Of a DNA stretch of 64,000 nt, positions 8,608 to 17,681 are shown in pieces. Location of the stretch: IMG/VR virus record IMGVR_UViG_3300020185_000029, positions 1-64,000 of that record. The stretch is one strand, 5' to 3'. Source of the stretch: an uncultured virus (IMG/VR IMGVR_UViG_3300020185_000029). Lineage: Duplodnaviria; Heunggongvirae; Uroviricota; Caudoviricetes. The notes under the pieces are model-generated. The model was not told where the DNA came from. It ran no database searches and saw nothing but the letters and a program-made list of their open reading frames with translations. The translations under genes were made by a program, and so were the position numbers. The stretch's first letter is position 1. Each line of letters begins with the position of its first letter.

Positions 8608-9719
8608 TATATTTTTATTAGTTCTAGTATTTCGTCACAGAATTTTGCATCTGTGAACTGAGATGGTAGCTTTTTGCCGCCTTCATTAATTTTCCCATCA
8701 AGGACATTTTTAACGGCAGAATCTAATGAAGTAGACATATTTTCTATATCTAAATCATAAATATTTCCGCAATTAAATGGAGACCCCTGTTGAAAGAAAA
8801 GATTATCGATTGCTGAAATTTTACCATTAGGAGCCACTTTAATAGAATTACTATCAGTTGCCCACTCTTTAATTCCAGAATTAAAATTAACTACACATTG
8901 CTTGCCGAGTCCAGCCATATGGAAAGAAGGTAGAGACCAAGATTCTCCACCGCTTCCATCAACAACAATGTCTGCAATATTATATGCTTGATTCAACTCC
9001 GTTAACTTTCTAAAGTAGGGCATAAAGATCATGTTATGGGGAACATCTCCATCACAAGCCTCGACTACTTTCATTTTGTTTATCTCCATAGATTTATTCG
9101 GGTCTTGATGGAAAAAGGGATTGAATATATGAAGATGTATCTTGAATCTCTTATCATTCCCAAATTTATTTTTTAACAAATTAATGATACTAGCAGTATG
9201 CTTTCTTTTTTCAAATTTGCCAGCTAAAGCAATTACAATTTCATTATTTTCATACTTTTTAACTTCAGTCTCTTTAAAAGCAAGGGAGTTGTAACCCAAG
9301 TTAATTGTTTTGTGGTTATCAACTCCATATTCTTTGCAGACCTCTTCCGTGAAAGAACAAGGTGATGCAACTTTGTCATAGGAGTTCAAAATATTTTTTT
9401 CAGTCGCAGTAAGTTGATCTAGCTCATGGAAAAAATAAAGGAAGGGGTTTTTACTGATTGAATCTTGAGAGCCATTGATGTGCCAAATTCTCAAGGACGG
9501 TTCAGTTCTCTTGAAGTCTTTCAATGATTTTTGAGTACACAATTGCAACCAAGCCATGAACTGTTCAGGAATGATATCTTCATAAGAAGATAGATCTATT
9601 CCAGCTATTGGAAAAATATTAGGCTCCAGCTTTCTAGAGAATAGCTCATATAGAAGATTGGTAGATACTTGACCTAAGCTAGTGCCATTAATGGGGACCT
9701 GCAAACTAAAATTACTCAT
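8607..9719 (-). CDS. Glycosyltransferase, GT4/GT-B fold
   Basis: GKFEKRK, YNIADIVV and GESWSLPSF (GEGWGLP-like) motifs. Confidence 0.8.
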   Translation of the reverse strand: MSNFSLQVPINGTSLGQVSTNLLYELFSRKLEPNIFPIAGIDLSSYEDIIPEQFMAWLQLCTQKSLKDFKRTEPSLRIWHINGSQDSISKNPFLYFFHELDQLTATEKNILNSYDKVASPCSFTEEVCKEYGVDNHKTINLGYNSLAFKETEVKKYENNEIVIALAGKFEKRKHTASIINLLKNKFGNDKRFKIHLHIFNPFFHQDPNKSMEINKMKVVEACDGDVPHNMIFMPYFRKLTELNQAYNIADIVVDGSGGESWSLPSFHMAGLGKQCVVNFNSGIKEWATDSNSIKVAPNGKISAIDNLFFQQGSPFNCGNIYDLDIENMSTSLDSAVKNVLDGKINEGGKKLPSQFTDAKFCDEILELIKI

Positions 9720-10236
9720 TATTTAAAATCTGTTTATATCTATCTAAAATTCTATTGTACTTTTGACGAATCCATTCGCCAGAATATTTGTTATTCATGT
9801 CTTTAGCTATCTCTGAAAATGTCATTCCTGACAACCTTTTTTCTAAAATTTCTCTATTTTCTTTATTTTGAATATCATTTTCAACATAACTCAATAACTC
9901 CCTTTTACCGTAATTGGGCATGTGTACTAAGTGGTTATCCTCTATTTCTACGAAATACTTCTTTGAGCTGCAAAGGCTCTGACATGTCCAAAATGCTTTA
10001 TTGCCTATCCAGGTTGAGAATTTGCTCCTACTAACATCAAATTCTTTTGCAGCATCATAAAAAAAACTTAAAGGATTTTCTTTTAAATCTTCAATCTCCA
10101 TTATTCCAGAGTAAGCATTGGCCTTTTTATAAAAGATTCCGCTGTGCCGCTCTTGTAACTCTTTCAAACAGTTATTTACGTCAATACCATTTTTTATATT
10201 TTCAGTAAGCTCTAAATCAGATAAATCATCAATCAT
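9712..10236 (-). CDS. Phage sigma70-family RNA polymerase sigma factor
   Basis: Region 2-like FYDAAKEFDVSRSKFSTWI and region 4 HTH EILEKRLSGMTFSEIAK...SGEWIRQ; start at ATG 10236, after a promoter. Confidence 0.8.
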   Translation of the reverse strand: MIDDLSDLELTENIKNGIDVNNCLKELQERHSGIFYKKANAYSGIMEIEDLKENPLSFFYDAAKEFDVSRSKFSTWIGNKAFWTCQSLCSSKKYFVEIEDNHLVHMPNYGKRELLSYVENDIQNKENREILEKRLSGMTFSEIAKDMNNKYSGEWIRQKYNRILDRYKQILNNE

Positions 10237-10243
10237 TCCTCCT

Positions 10244-10306
10244 AATATACTACAAATAAAACAAATGTCAATAAAAAGTTGACTTTTTTGCAAGATATTT
10301 TATATG
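10244..10306. promoter_or_regulatory. Back-to-back divergent sigma70-type promoters
   Basis: Minus: TTGACA(10271-10266)-N16-TATATT. Plus: TTGACT(10279-10284)-N16-TATATG. Confidence 0.65.
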
Positions 10307-10314
10307 TTTGATAA

Positions 10315-10608
10315 ATGGAAGATATAAAACAACCTAAACGTGCGTGGAAAGGGACTTGGATACCTAAAAATATCTGGGAGAACGAACAACTAACTTGGAT
10401 GGAAAAATGCATCTGGGCAGAAATCTTCAATCTGGATGATGATGATCGAGGTGGATGCTGGGCATCGAATGCTTTTTTGGCGAAAAAATTTAACACCAGT
10501 CCTCAAACCATAACCAATACAATATGCAAACTAAAAAAGCTTAAATTACTTAAGCAAGTAGCCTTTGATGGGAGGCAAAGAGTGCTAAAATCTACCTATT
10601 TAGACTAA
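10315..10608 (+). CDS. Helix-turn-helix protein resembling a replication initiator N-terminal domain (HTH_36-like)
   Basis: WIPKNIW...LTWMEKCIWAEI...GCWASNAFLAKKFNTSPQTITNTICKLKK. Confidence 0.75.
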   Translation: MEDIKQPKRAWKGTWIPKNIWENEQLTWMEKCIWAEIFNLDDDDRGGCWASNAFLAKKFNTSPQTITNTICKLKKLKLLKQVAFDGRQRVLKSTYLD

Positions 10609-10708
10609 ACCTATAGGTTTACTCTGACCAAACCCTATGGTTTACCATAGAATAAAGGATAAAATAAAGATTTATTTCTAAAGAAATAAATAAGAAAACG
10701 AGTTTTCT
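10606..10708. repeat. Cluster of four inverted repeats (candidate replication origin)
   Basis: TAAACCTATAGGTTTA (perfect palindrome), CTATGGT-TT-ACCATAG, TTTATTTCT-AA-AGAAATAAA and AGAAAAC-GA-GTTTTCT. Confidence 0.7.
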
Positions 10709-10751
10709 AAAAAAGAATTGTTTTTAAATCATAATATGACTATAAAAGTTT

Positions 10752-11594
10752 ATGGAAGATTTTACAGATAAGATAACGATTGGGATTCTTGACTTTTTTC
10801 AAGAGAAAGAGTCAAAGGAACTGCTAATGTCCTTAGCTGAAAATCTTTTGATAGATGTTAACATTCTTTTTATCGACAACGGAACTCCAAAAAGTTATAG
10901 TAAACAGTTCCTGAATGATGGACTAATTGATGAGTTAATTATAAACGATAGTAATCTTGGCTGTGGCCCAGCTACCGTTCAAATGTATGATTATTGCAAA
11001 ACTCCATATTTGATATACGTCCAAAGCGATCAAAGGCTAAATCAAAAGATTGACGCAGATTCAATGAATGGGATGATTAGAGCTTTGGACGAATACCACT
11101 GCATTGACTTGGCTGGAAATCAAGGGAATGGAAAATTCTCAGAAAGAGCTAATATGATGAAAACGGAATTCTATAAAAGAATTCCAAAACCTACTTTAGG
11201 TGGACCAGGAATCACAAATGATCAAAAGTATGTAGAGGAATGGGTTCAAGATTTTTTTGCAGACAATAATTGCGTTATAGCTCATGTTAGGCCAACAGTA
11301 TTTTCTGACGAAGGTTATTACTCAGTAAGAGAATTGTCACAAGAAGACCCTTGCATTTTAAAACATTCTTGCTGGACCAAGGAGATGTGGATTCTTACTG
11401 ACCCCCCGAAGAATAGGCATGAGGTTTATCCACCTCTTAACGAAGAGGAGTGGGATAGATTGATAAAAGGAGATTTTCCTAGGTGGAAAAACAACGAAAG
11501 GGGCTATGTACCAGAGGCTTGGAGAGACAACATTATTACCAATGAAATCGTGGAATCAAAAATTAGAGAAGACATAAAAAATGACACCGATTAA
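10752..11594 (+). CDS. Glycosyltransferase, GT2/GT-A-like
   Basis: ILFIDNGT, NLGCGPA and TPYLIYVQSDQ motifs. Confidence 0.7.
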   Translation: MEDFTDKITIGILDFFQEKESKELLMSLAENLLIDVNILFIDNGTPKSYSKQFLNDGLIDELIINDSNLGCGPATVQMYDYCKTPYLIYVQSDQRLNQKIDADSMNGMIRALDEYHCIDLAGNQGNGKFSERANMMKTEFYKRIPKPTLGGPGITNDQKYVEEWVQDFFADNNCVIAHVRPTVFSDEGYYSVRELSQEDPCILKHSCWTKEMWILTDPPKNRHEVYPPLNEEEWDRLIKGDFPRWKNNERGYVPEAWRDNIITNEIVESKIREDIKNDTD

Positions 11595-12450
11595 AAATAA
11601 AATTTGGCTATGCGGACTTACTTATGGCCCAGCTATTGAAGCCGTAAAAAATAACATTATCCCTATTGCTAAGCATTTCGATGGATTGAATATTGTTCTC
11701 CATAAGAGTGGACCAATCCTAACTGAACAGGAAAGCCAGTTATTTAGCATACTAAATGAAAATAGGGGACAAGGTAAAATTCATATTTTCGATTGGATTA
11801 GAAGATATGATTTTTCTAGGAATAGATATTTGTTTGACCCATTAATGAATTCTGGAGACTTCTTTGTAGTTTTAGACTCGTTGGAAAATATGACAGAAAA
11901 TTTCTGTACAACAGATCTTCCGAAGATTAGAAAATCAATGGTAGACAATGACCTTGAGGGAGTCTTTCTTCATGGCAAGGGTTTTATTTTTAGAAAAAAC
12001 GAATGGATGAAATATGAAAACGGAACTCATGAATGCATCAGACCCATGAATAGAGCTGCTGAGCTTACGCAGATTGCGGGCTATGAAGACAGTTCAAAAT
12101 ACTTCACAAACACTAGGCCAAACAAGAGAGAAAAACTTCATTTTGTAGAACACTTTTTTAGATATTATCTAATCGATAACACTATGCAGTGCTATTTAGG
12201 CACTGAGAAAGATGAAGGACTTACTAGAATTAGGTTAGAGAATAGACATGATTTTAGAAATCATCTGTTAAGCAAAGGAGTTGAATTCAATTACGAATCA
12301 GTCCTTGAGTTCTTTGAGCAGGACATAGATCAAGATACTAAAGATCTTATCAATAAAGAAAAAATTCTTAATGACTTCTATAGAAATAAAATACTAGGTG
12401 AAGTAGACATTTTAGATAATCACGATTACGAAAACATAAAGCCTATATGA
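11581..12450 (+). CDS. Putative GT-A-like glycosyltransferase
   Basis: W..RYDFSRN, FFVVLDSLE and YENGTHE resemble GT2-like motifs; lies in the GT run. Confidence 0.55.
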   Translation: MTPIKNKIWLCGLTYGPAIEAVKNNIIPIAKHFDGLNIVLHKSGPILTEQESQLFSILNENRGQGKIHIFDWIRRYDFSRNRYLFDPLMNSGDFFVVLDSLENMTENFCTTDLPKIRKSMVDNDLEGVFLHGKGFIFRKNEWMKYENGTHECIRPMNRAAELTQIAGYEDSSKYFTNTRPNKREKLHFVEHFFRYYLIDNTMQCYLGTEKDEGLTRIRLENRHDFRNHLLSKGVEFNYESVLEFFEQDIDQDTKDLINKEKILNDFYRNKILGEVDILDNHDYENIKPI

Positions 12451-13229
12451 TATCTCTAGCAACTAGTGCATTTAACATAGAGTCTAATGACTTTGACATT
12501 CATTCTGCAATTAAAAACTGGGAATTGTACGTAGATGAGATTGTTATAAGTACTATACCCTCTAGAGACAACTCTCTGCAAATCCTAAAGGAACTCGAAA
12601 GTTCTAAACCTATAAAGATAATTGAGGAAGATTTTTCACTGGAAGATCCTGAGTTTGATGGTAAGCTTAAAAATAGCTCGCATCAAAACTCTTCTAACGA
12701 AATTGTCGTTCAGTGTGATTTAGATGAAAGAATGGGCGGAAAGCCAGAAGCCTGGAAAAGCTTTGCAGAAACTCTTTTATCAAATGAGAGTGTAAAATCC
12801 TTGTTCATTCCAGTTATTGATCTTTATGGATCTTATTATGAATATTCCTCTATCAATAAAAAATGGTATATATGCAAGAAAGAGGGTACTAAGAGGGGAG
12901 TAGTCTCTTTTGCTAGAAAGCAAGATGGTAAAATTGATATAGAAAAATCAGATACTTGCGAACTTCTCGATGAAGATGATAATTTAGTTCCATATATTGA
13001 CATATGCCATCATTATCAAATAGATCCTCTAAGATATTGCCAGCTACATAATCCCTTCATTTGGCACTTAGGTTATATAGATATGGATAGAAGATCGAAA
13101 ATTAATTCTTGGTGGAAACCCCATTGGGAAAACCGTAAAGGAGAAAGTATTGAAGAGGTTGGAATATCTAAAAAAGATTTAGAATCAAGAGAAACTTTTA
13201 AACATAATATTGAAATAGATTTCTTATAA
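12447..13229 (+). CDS. Glycosyltransferase, GT2-like
   Basis: VDEIVI, SRDNSL, DGKLKN, VQCDLDE (DxD) and IWHLGY. Confidence 0.7.
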   Translation: MISLATSAFNIESNDFDIHSAIKNWELYVDEIVISTIPSRDNSLQILKELESSKPIKIIEEDFSLEDPEFDGKLKNSSHQNSSNEIVVQCDLDERMGGKPEAWKSFAETLLSNESVKSLFIPVIDLYGSYYEYSSINKKWYICKKEGTKRGVVSFARKQDGKIDIEKSDTCELLDEDDNLVPYIDICHHYQIDPLRYCQLHNPFIWHLGYIDMDRRSKINSWWKPHWENRKGESIEEVGISKKDLESRETFKHNIEIDFL

Positions 13230-13234
13230 GAATC

Positions 13235-13867
13235 ATGAATAAAAATAATAAAATAAAACAAATTCAAGAAGAGTATGATAAACTAGGGCTAAATTCTTGT
13301 TCCGTACCAGAAGAGGATGGCTGGATATTTGAATCTGCTATGAATATAACGGAATCAAATAATATTCTAGAAATTGGATTTTATAAGGGTGGTAGTGCAT
13401 TTATTATGCTTTCTTTAGATGAAGGTGTGAATTTAACTTCAGTTGACCCTATAGATGGATTGGCTTCCGAAGCATATCAAGCTGCTGAACAAAAGCAGTA
13501 TGATGAAAAACTCAAAGCAACAGAAAAAGTTAAAGAAAAGTTTGATGATCGATTTACTTTCATTAGAAAGTATTCTCAAGATGTCAGACCAGATTTAGAA
13601 GGGCAGTCTTTTGATATGATATTTATTGACGGTGATCATTGGGAAAGTGGCATAAGAAATGACTTTCAATTAATGCTAGATTTGAAAATTCCATATGCTC
13701 TAGTAGATGATTGGATACAGCCAAATAATTGCCACAAATCAGTTCCAACAGTATGGGCAGAAAGTTTTCAAGATAAATTGAAAATGAAAACAGTTTTTTT
13801 TAGACATGCTATTTCTTGCAATGGTGGTCCGATACCAGTTGTATTGCTGGAAAACTTGACCCTTTAG
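13235..13867 (+). CDS. Class I SAM methyltransferase (Methyltransf_24-like)
   Basis: ILEIGFYKGGS, TSVDP, FDMIFIDGDH and VDDW. Confidence 0.85.
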   Translation: MNKNNKIKQIQEEYDKLGLNSCSVPEEDGWIFESAMNITESNNILEIGFYKGGSAFIMLSLDEGVNLTSVDPIDGLASEAYQAAEQKQYDEKLKATEKVKEKFDDRFTFIRKYSQDVRPDLEGQSFDMIFIDGDHWESGIRNDFQLMLDLKIPYALVDDWIQPNNCHKSVPTVWAESFQDKLKMKTVFFRHAISCNGGPIPVVLLENLTL

Positions 13868-13872
13868 AAAGC

Positions 13873-14628
13873 ATGAAGAACTTACCCATATCATTAACGT
13901 TGTATACAACAACCAAAGGACATTTTGGCTACAAGGATTGTGCTAAAGATACAATTAATCATCTTTCTAAGATTGACGAAGGTTGTTTTTCTAACAAGTC
14001 TGCCCACATAAAGGTATGTGATAGCCAGGAAGGTGAAGACAAGTGCGAGGATTTAAAGTCTTTCTTTAAATCAAAAGGTTTTGATGTATTCACGACAAAG
14101 GGTAATTGGAACAGAAAAAACAATAATCATGCAATAGAGTATTTCAAAGACATGGAAACTCTAATGAATGAAAATGTTGTTCACGATAATGAATTTATCC
14201 TATTCCACGAAGATGACTGGTTAATAAACACTGAAAAGCCTTTGATATATCTTTTGCAGGAGGGCATAAAATTGATGAAAGCAAATAAGGATATTCTTTG
14301 TGTAAGAGTTAATGCAGATATAAATACAGATGTTTCAAAAGCCACAAAAATCACAAATGAAATATACTTACAAAATTTTGATTATACTGAATATGGGCCA
14401 ACAATAACATTTCAGCCTACTCTAATGAGAACTAGAGATTGGTATGCAGCAGTAAGACAAATAAACCGAAATGATTTGAGATTCAAATCCCATTGCGAAT
14501 TACTTAGCGGCATGTTTATGAAGGGGCTTTTTGCAACAGTGAGTACGCCATTTGCTTTCTTTGATCCTAATACGATTAATGCTACCCACATTGGCTCAGA
14601 AGAGTTTGCAAAGGAGAATACTAAATGA
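13873..14628 (+). CDS. Putative GT-A-like glycosyltransferase
   Basis: FILFHEDDW, TFQPTLMR and THIG motifs; start at ATG 13873. Confidence 0.6.
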   Translation: MKNLPISLTLYTTTKGHFGYKDCAKDTINHLSKIDEGCFSNKSAHIKVCDSQEGEDKCEDLKSFFKSKGFDVFTTKGNWNRKNNNHAIEYFKDMETLMNENVVHDNEFILFHEDDWLINTEKPLIYLLQEGIKLMKANKDILCVRVNADINTDVSKATKITNEIYLQNFDYTEYGPTITFQPTLMRTRDWYAAVRQINRNDLRFKSHCELLSGMFMKGLFATVSTPFAFFDPNTINATHIGSEEFAKENTK

Positions 14629-14674
14629 TTTACTTTGATGAAGGCAGATCAGATTATATTTTAGATTGGTGGCT

Positions 14675-15430
14675 ATGAAAATAGGTTTTATGCTTTGTGC
14701 TTTCAATCAAGAAGAGTTTCTTGATGGCTGCTTACAGGACCTTGTTCCTTTTTGTAAGGAGTATGGTCATATTATTAGTGCTGTTTCAGTACCTTTTCTC
14801 GAATATAAAGATAAAGGTATAAAGTACGATGGCACTACTAGTATTTTAAAAGGTAAGTTAAAAAATGGTGATATTGATTATTTGATTAGTGATCCCAAAT
14901 ACATAACAGATGCTGAAGCGAGAAACTTCGCCCTGAAGCCTCTTCTCGAAAATGATTGCGACTTAATATTCTTGATTGATTCTGATGAAAAATTCAGCAA
15001 ATTGGATTTAGAAAACATTATTAATTATGTAGAGAATTCTGAATTTATTGATTGGTGGGCTATAAGCTACAAAAATTACGTTGGTAATGGTTACTTGATA
15101 GAGCCTTTTACTCCACCAAGAATATTCAAAGTAAACGCAAGGGGTTTAAAAGCCTCTCATTTTTATTTTGATAACGACTTACTTTACATCTCTAAAGATG
15201 GAAGTGAGTTGAATTACAAATCCCTGTCCAATAAAGTTATTCCACAGTCCATCGCATGGGTTCCACATTTTACTTGGACTAATACAGAAAGAAATAAGCT
15301 CAAAATAGAATATCAAAACATTCATAATCATGGCTGCTCATACAAATGGGAAGATGGAGAGGTTAAGTTGAATGATGATTTTTATCATCGAAACAATCTT
15401 ATCAAACCAAATATAATCTATGAAGATTAG
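14675..15430 (+). CDS. Glycosyltransferase, GT2-like
   Basis: MLCAFNQEEFL, DGT, ARNFAL, IFLIDSDE (DxD) and PRIF. Confidence 0.75.
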   Translation: MKIGFMLCAFNQEEFLDGCLQDLVPFCKEYGHIISAVSVPFLEYKDKGIKYDGTTSILKGKLKNGDIDYLISDPKYITDAEARNFALKPLLENDCDLIFLIDSDEKFSKLDLENIINYVENSEFIDWWAISYKNYVGNGYLIEPFTPPRIFKVNARGLKASHFYFDNDLLYISKDGSELNYKSLSNKVIPQSIAWVPHFTWTNTERNKLKIEYQNIHNHGCSYKWEDGEVKLNDDFYHRNNLIKPNIIYED

Positions 15431-15577
15431 ATATTTAAAATTTAAGTTAAAATTGTATTTGACAACTCCAATATTTTCATCATACATAAGGGCTGCAACA
15501 ATTGCAGCAGTTGGATAAAATATCCAAAATAAAAAACACCACCAAATAAAAATGAAAGAAAAAAAAGAAATGCAAGT
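15404..15577 (+). repeat. 174-bp direct repeat, copy 1
   Basis: Near-identical to 16276-16449; contains the end of the upstream GT gene, a TTGACA promoter, two 7-3-7 palindromes and the MKEKKEMQV start. Confidence 0.95.
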
Positions 15578-16271
15578 TAACGTTGATGGAGAAGTTATGG
15601 ATGAATTAAAAAAAAATAGAGAGAGCTTATTAAAAAGTATGCATAGTAGTTTTTTTGGTTGTTTTACGCAACAAAGGCATGAAGCTTTTGCGGCAATTAA
15701 TGATCTTTTAAATTATTATAATTTTACAAATATTATTGAAATCGGAACCCATGACTGTGGATTATCTATACCTCTTGCTCTTTATTGCTTGAATTCAAAA
15801 ATTCCAGTTGAAGCAGAAAATCCCTCAGAGCCATCTACCCATAAAGCCAGAACTCATCATAAACAACCAAAACAATTTTACACTATGGATATAACTGTAA
15901 GAGATATTCATTCTATAAAATTAATTATTGGGATGGGAGCAAAGTTTTTTAAAGAAGATTGCTTTTTAAAAGAAGCTGAAATTGGAAATTTAATCCAACA
16001 AAATGGACGAAGTCTGTTATTATGTGACGGAGGGGACAAACCAAAGGAAGTAAATACTTTTGCCAAATATCTTAAAAAGGGCGACATTATCATGGGTCAC
16101 GATTATTTTCATAGTGAAGAGGAGGAAGAAAAATATCTTAATAAAATTTGGTATGGCAAGGAATTATGTTATAAAGATGTAGAAAAAACTTTGGAGAAAG
16201 AAAATATTTCTGTAATTTACAGAGAAACTTTTGATCCAGTAGTTTGGATGTGCGCTATAAAAAACGAATAA
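15552..16271 (+). CDS. Class I SAM methyltransferase-like protein (CmcI/Methyltransf_24-like)
   Basis: IIEIGTHDCGLS, YTMDI, LLLCDGGDK and LKKGDIIMGHDY. Confidence 0.75.
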   Translation: MKEKKEMQVNVDGEVMDELKKNRESLLKSMHSSFFGCFTQQRHEAFAAINDLLNYYNFTNIIEIGTHDCGLSIPLALYCLNSKIPVEAENPSEPSTHKARTHHKQPKQFYTMDITVRDIHSIKLIIGMGAKFFKEDCFLKEAEIGNLIQQNGRSLLLCDGGDKPKEVNTFAKYLKKGDIIMGHDYFHSEEEEEKYLNKIWYGKELCYKDVEKTLEKENISVIYRETFDPVVWMCAIKNE

Positions 16272-16275
16272 AATA

Positions 16276-16449
16276 AAACCAAATATAATCTATGAAGATT
16301 AGATATTTAAAATTTAAGTTAAAATTATCTTTGACAACTCCAATATTTTCATCATACATAAGGGCTGCAACAATTGCAGCAGTTGGATAAAATATCCAAA
16401 ATAAAAAACAACACCAAATAAAAATGAAAGAAAAGAAAGAAATGCAAGT
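16276..16449 (+). repeat. 174-bp direct repeat, copy 2
   Basis: 872-bp offset from copy 1, with only a few substitutions. Confidence 0.95.
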
Positions 16450-16597
16450 AGAGGTCGATGGGAAATTTGAGACCAGGGAAGTGGACTTTATTGTCCATAG
16501 AGATGGTTCCCCTTTTAGATATCCAAAGATTAATGACTTCGAACATATTTACGAAAATGAAAAAAGAATATTTGTTTTTACTAGTACGGTAAAGTAG
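16424..16597 (+). CDS. Small hypothetical protein (57 aa) sharing its N-terminus with the methyltransferase
   Basis: MKEKKEMQVEVDGKFETREVDFIVHRDGSPF...; below the ORF-track cutoff. Confidence 0.65.
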   Translation: MKEKKEMQVEVDGKFETREVDFIVHRDGSPFRYPKINDFEHIYENEKRIFVFTSTVK

Positions 16598-16707
16598 ATT
16601 CCGTTACACAATTTAGAGCTATAATTTTATTTCTTTTAAACTTCTTGCAAAAGTTTTTTGAAAGATGTAATTACCTATTGCCCTAACATACAAAACAAAA
16701 AAAACAA

Positions 16708-17676
16708 ATGATATTCGAAGAACAAATCGCAAGAAAACCAGATCACTATCCTTGGACAGAGGAATTCATGAGAGCAATGTGGGAAGGACATTGGACAGAT
16801 AAAGAATTTAGCTTTACGTCCGATGTTCAAGACTACAAAATTAACATGACTGACCAAGAAAGGGAGATTATTATTAGAGCCTTATCGGCCATCGGGCAGA
16901 TAGAGATAGCTGTTAAGACGTTCTGGGCTAAGATTGGAGACAATCTTCCTCATCCATCTATTAGAGATATGGGTTACGTCATGGGCAATATCGAAGTAAT
17001 TCACAACAACGCATATGAGCGCCTGATTGAAGTGCTTGGTTTGGATGACGTATTCGAGCAAAATCTTAAACTGGATTGGATCGATGGTCGAGTTAAGTAC
17101 CTAAAGAAGTATACTCATAGATATTATAAAGACTCTAAAAAACAGTTCGTTTATGCTTTGATACTATTTACTCTTTTTGTAGAAAATGTGAGCCTATTCT
17201 CTCAATTTTATATCATAAACTGGTTTGGCAAAAAGAACTTGTTGAAGGATACTAATCAGCAAACAGCATATACTGCTAGAGAAGAAGATATCCACGCAAA
17301 GATAGGTATCAAGCTAGTCAACGTTATTCGTAAAGAGCATCCAGAACTTTTTGATAAAGATCTAGAAGACAAAATCCTACATGAAGCAGAAGAGGCTTTT
17401 AAGGCAGAGTCTCAAATTATTGAATGGATGATCAATGGGATTAAAGAAGAGGGGCTGTCTTCAGATCTGCTCAAAGAGTTCGTAAAAAGTAGGTTAAATG
17501 ATTCTCTTGAACAAATTGGCTACAAAAAGATTTTTGAAGTTGACAGTGAACAATTGGAGAGTACGCTTTGGTTTGATGAAGAGGTATTAGGTAATTCAGC
17601 TACGGATTTCTTTAACTCTCGTCCAGTGGAATACAGCAAAGGAAACAAGTCTTTTGATGAAGACGATTTATTTTAA
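16708..17676 (+). CDS. nrdB: Ribonucleotide reductase beta subunit, class Id-like
   Basis: QIEIAVK, EVIHNNAY, ENVSLFSQF, EEDIH and DFF..RPVEY. Confidence 0.95.
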   Translation: MIFEEQIARKPDHYPWTEEFMRAMWEGHWTDKEFSFTSDVQDYKINMTDQEREIIIRALSAIGQIEIAVKTFWAKIGDNLPHPSIRDMGYVMGNIEVIHNNAYERLIEVLGLDDVFEQNLKLDWIDGRVKYLKKYTHRYYKDSKKQFVYALILFTLFVENVSLFSQFYIINWFGKKNLLKDTNQQTAYTAREEDIHAKIGIKLVNVIRKEHPELFDKDLEDKILHEAEEAFKAESQIIEWMINGIKEEGLSSDLLKEFVKSRLNDSLEQIGYKKIFEVDSEQLESTLWFDEEVLGNSATDFFNSRPVEYSKGNKSFDEDDLF

Positions 17677-17681
17677 AATTA

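Noticed and set aside
9712..10608. Divergent regulator pair as a lysis-lysogeny switch
   Set aside because: The genes look like a sigma factor and an initiator-type HTH, not CI/Cro; no integrase was seen.
15404..16449. Direct repeats as an IS element or CRISPR array
   Set aside because: Only two 174-bp copies, with no transposase, terminal inverted repeats or spacer periodicity.
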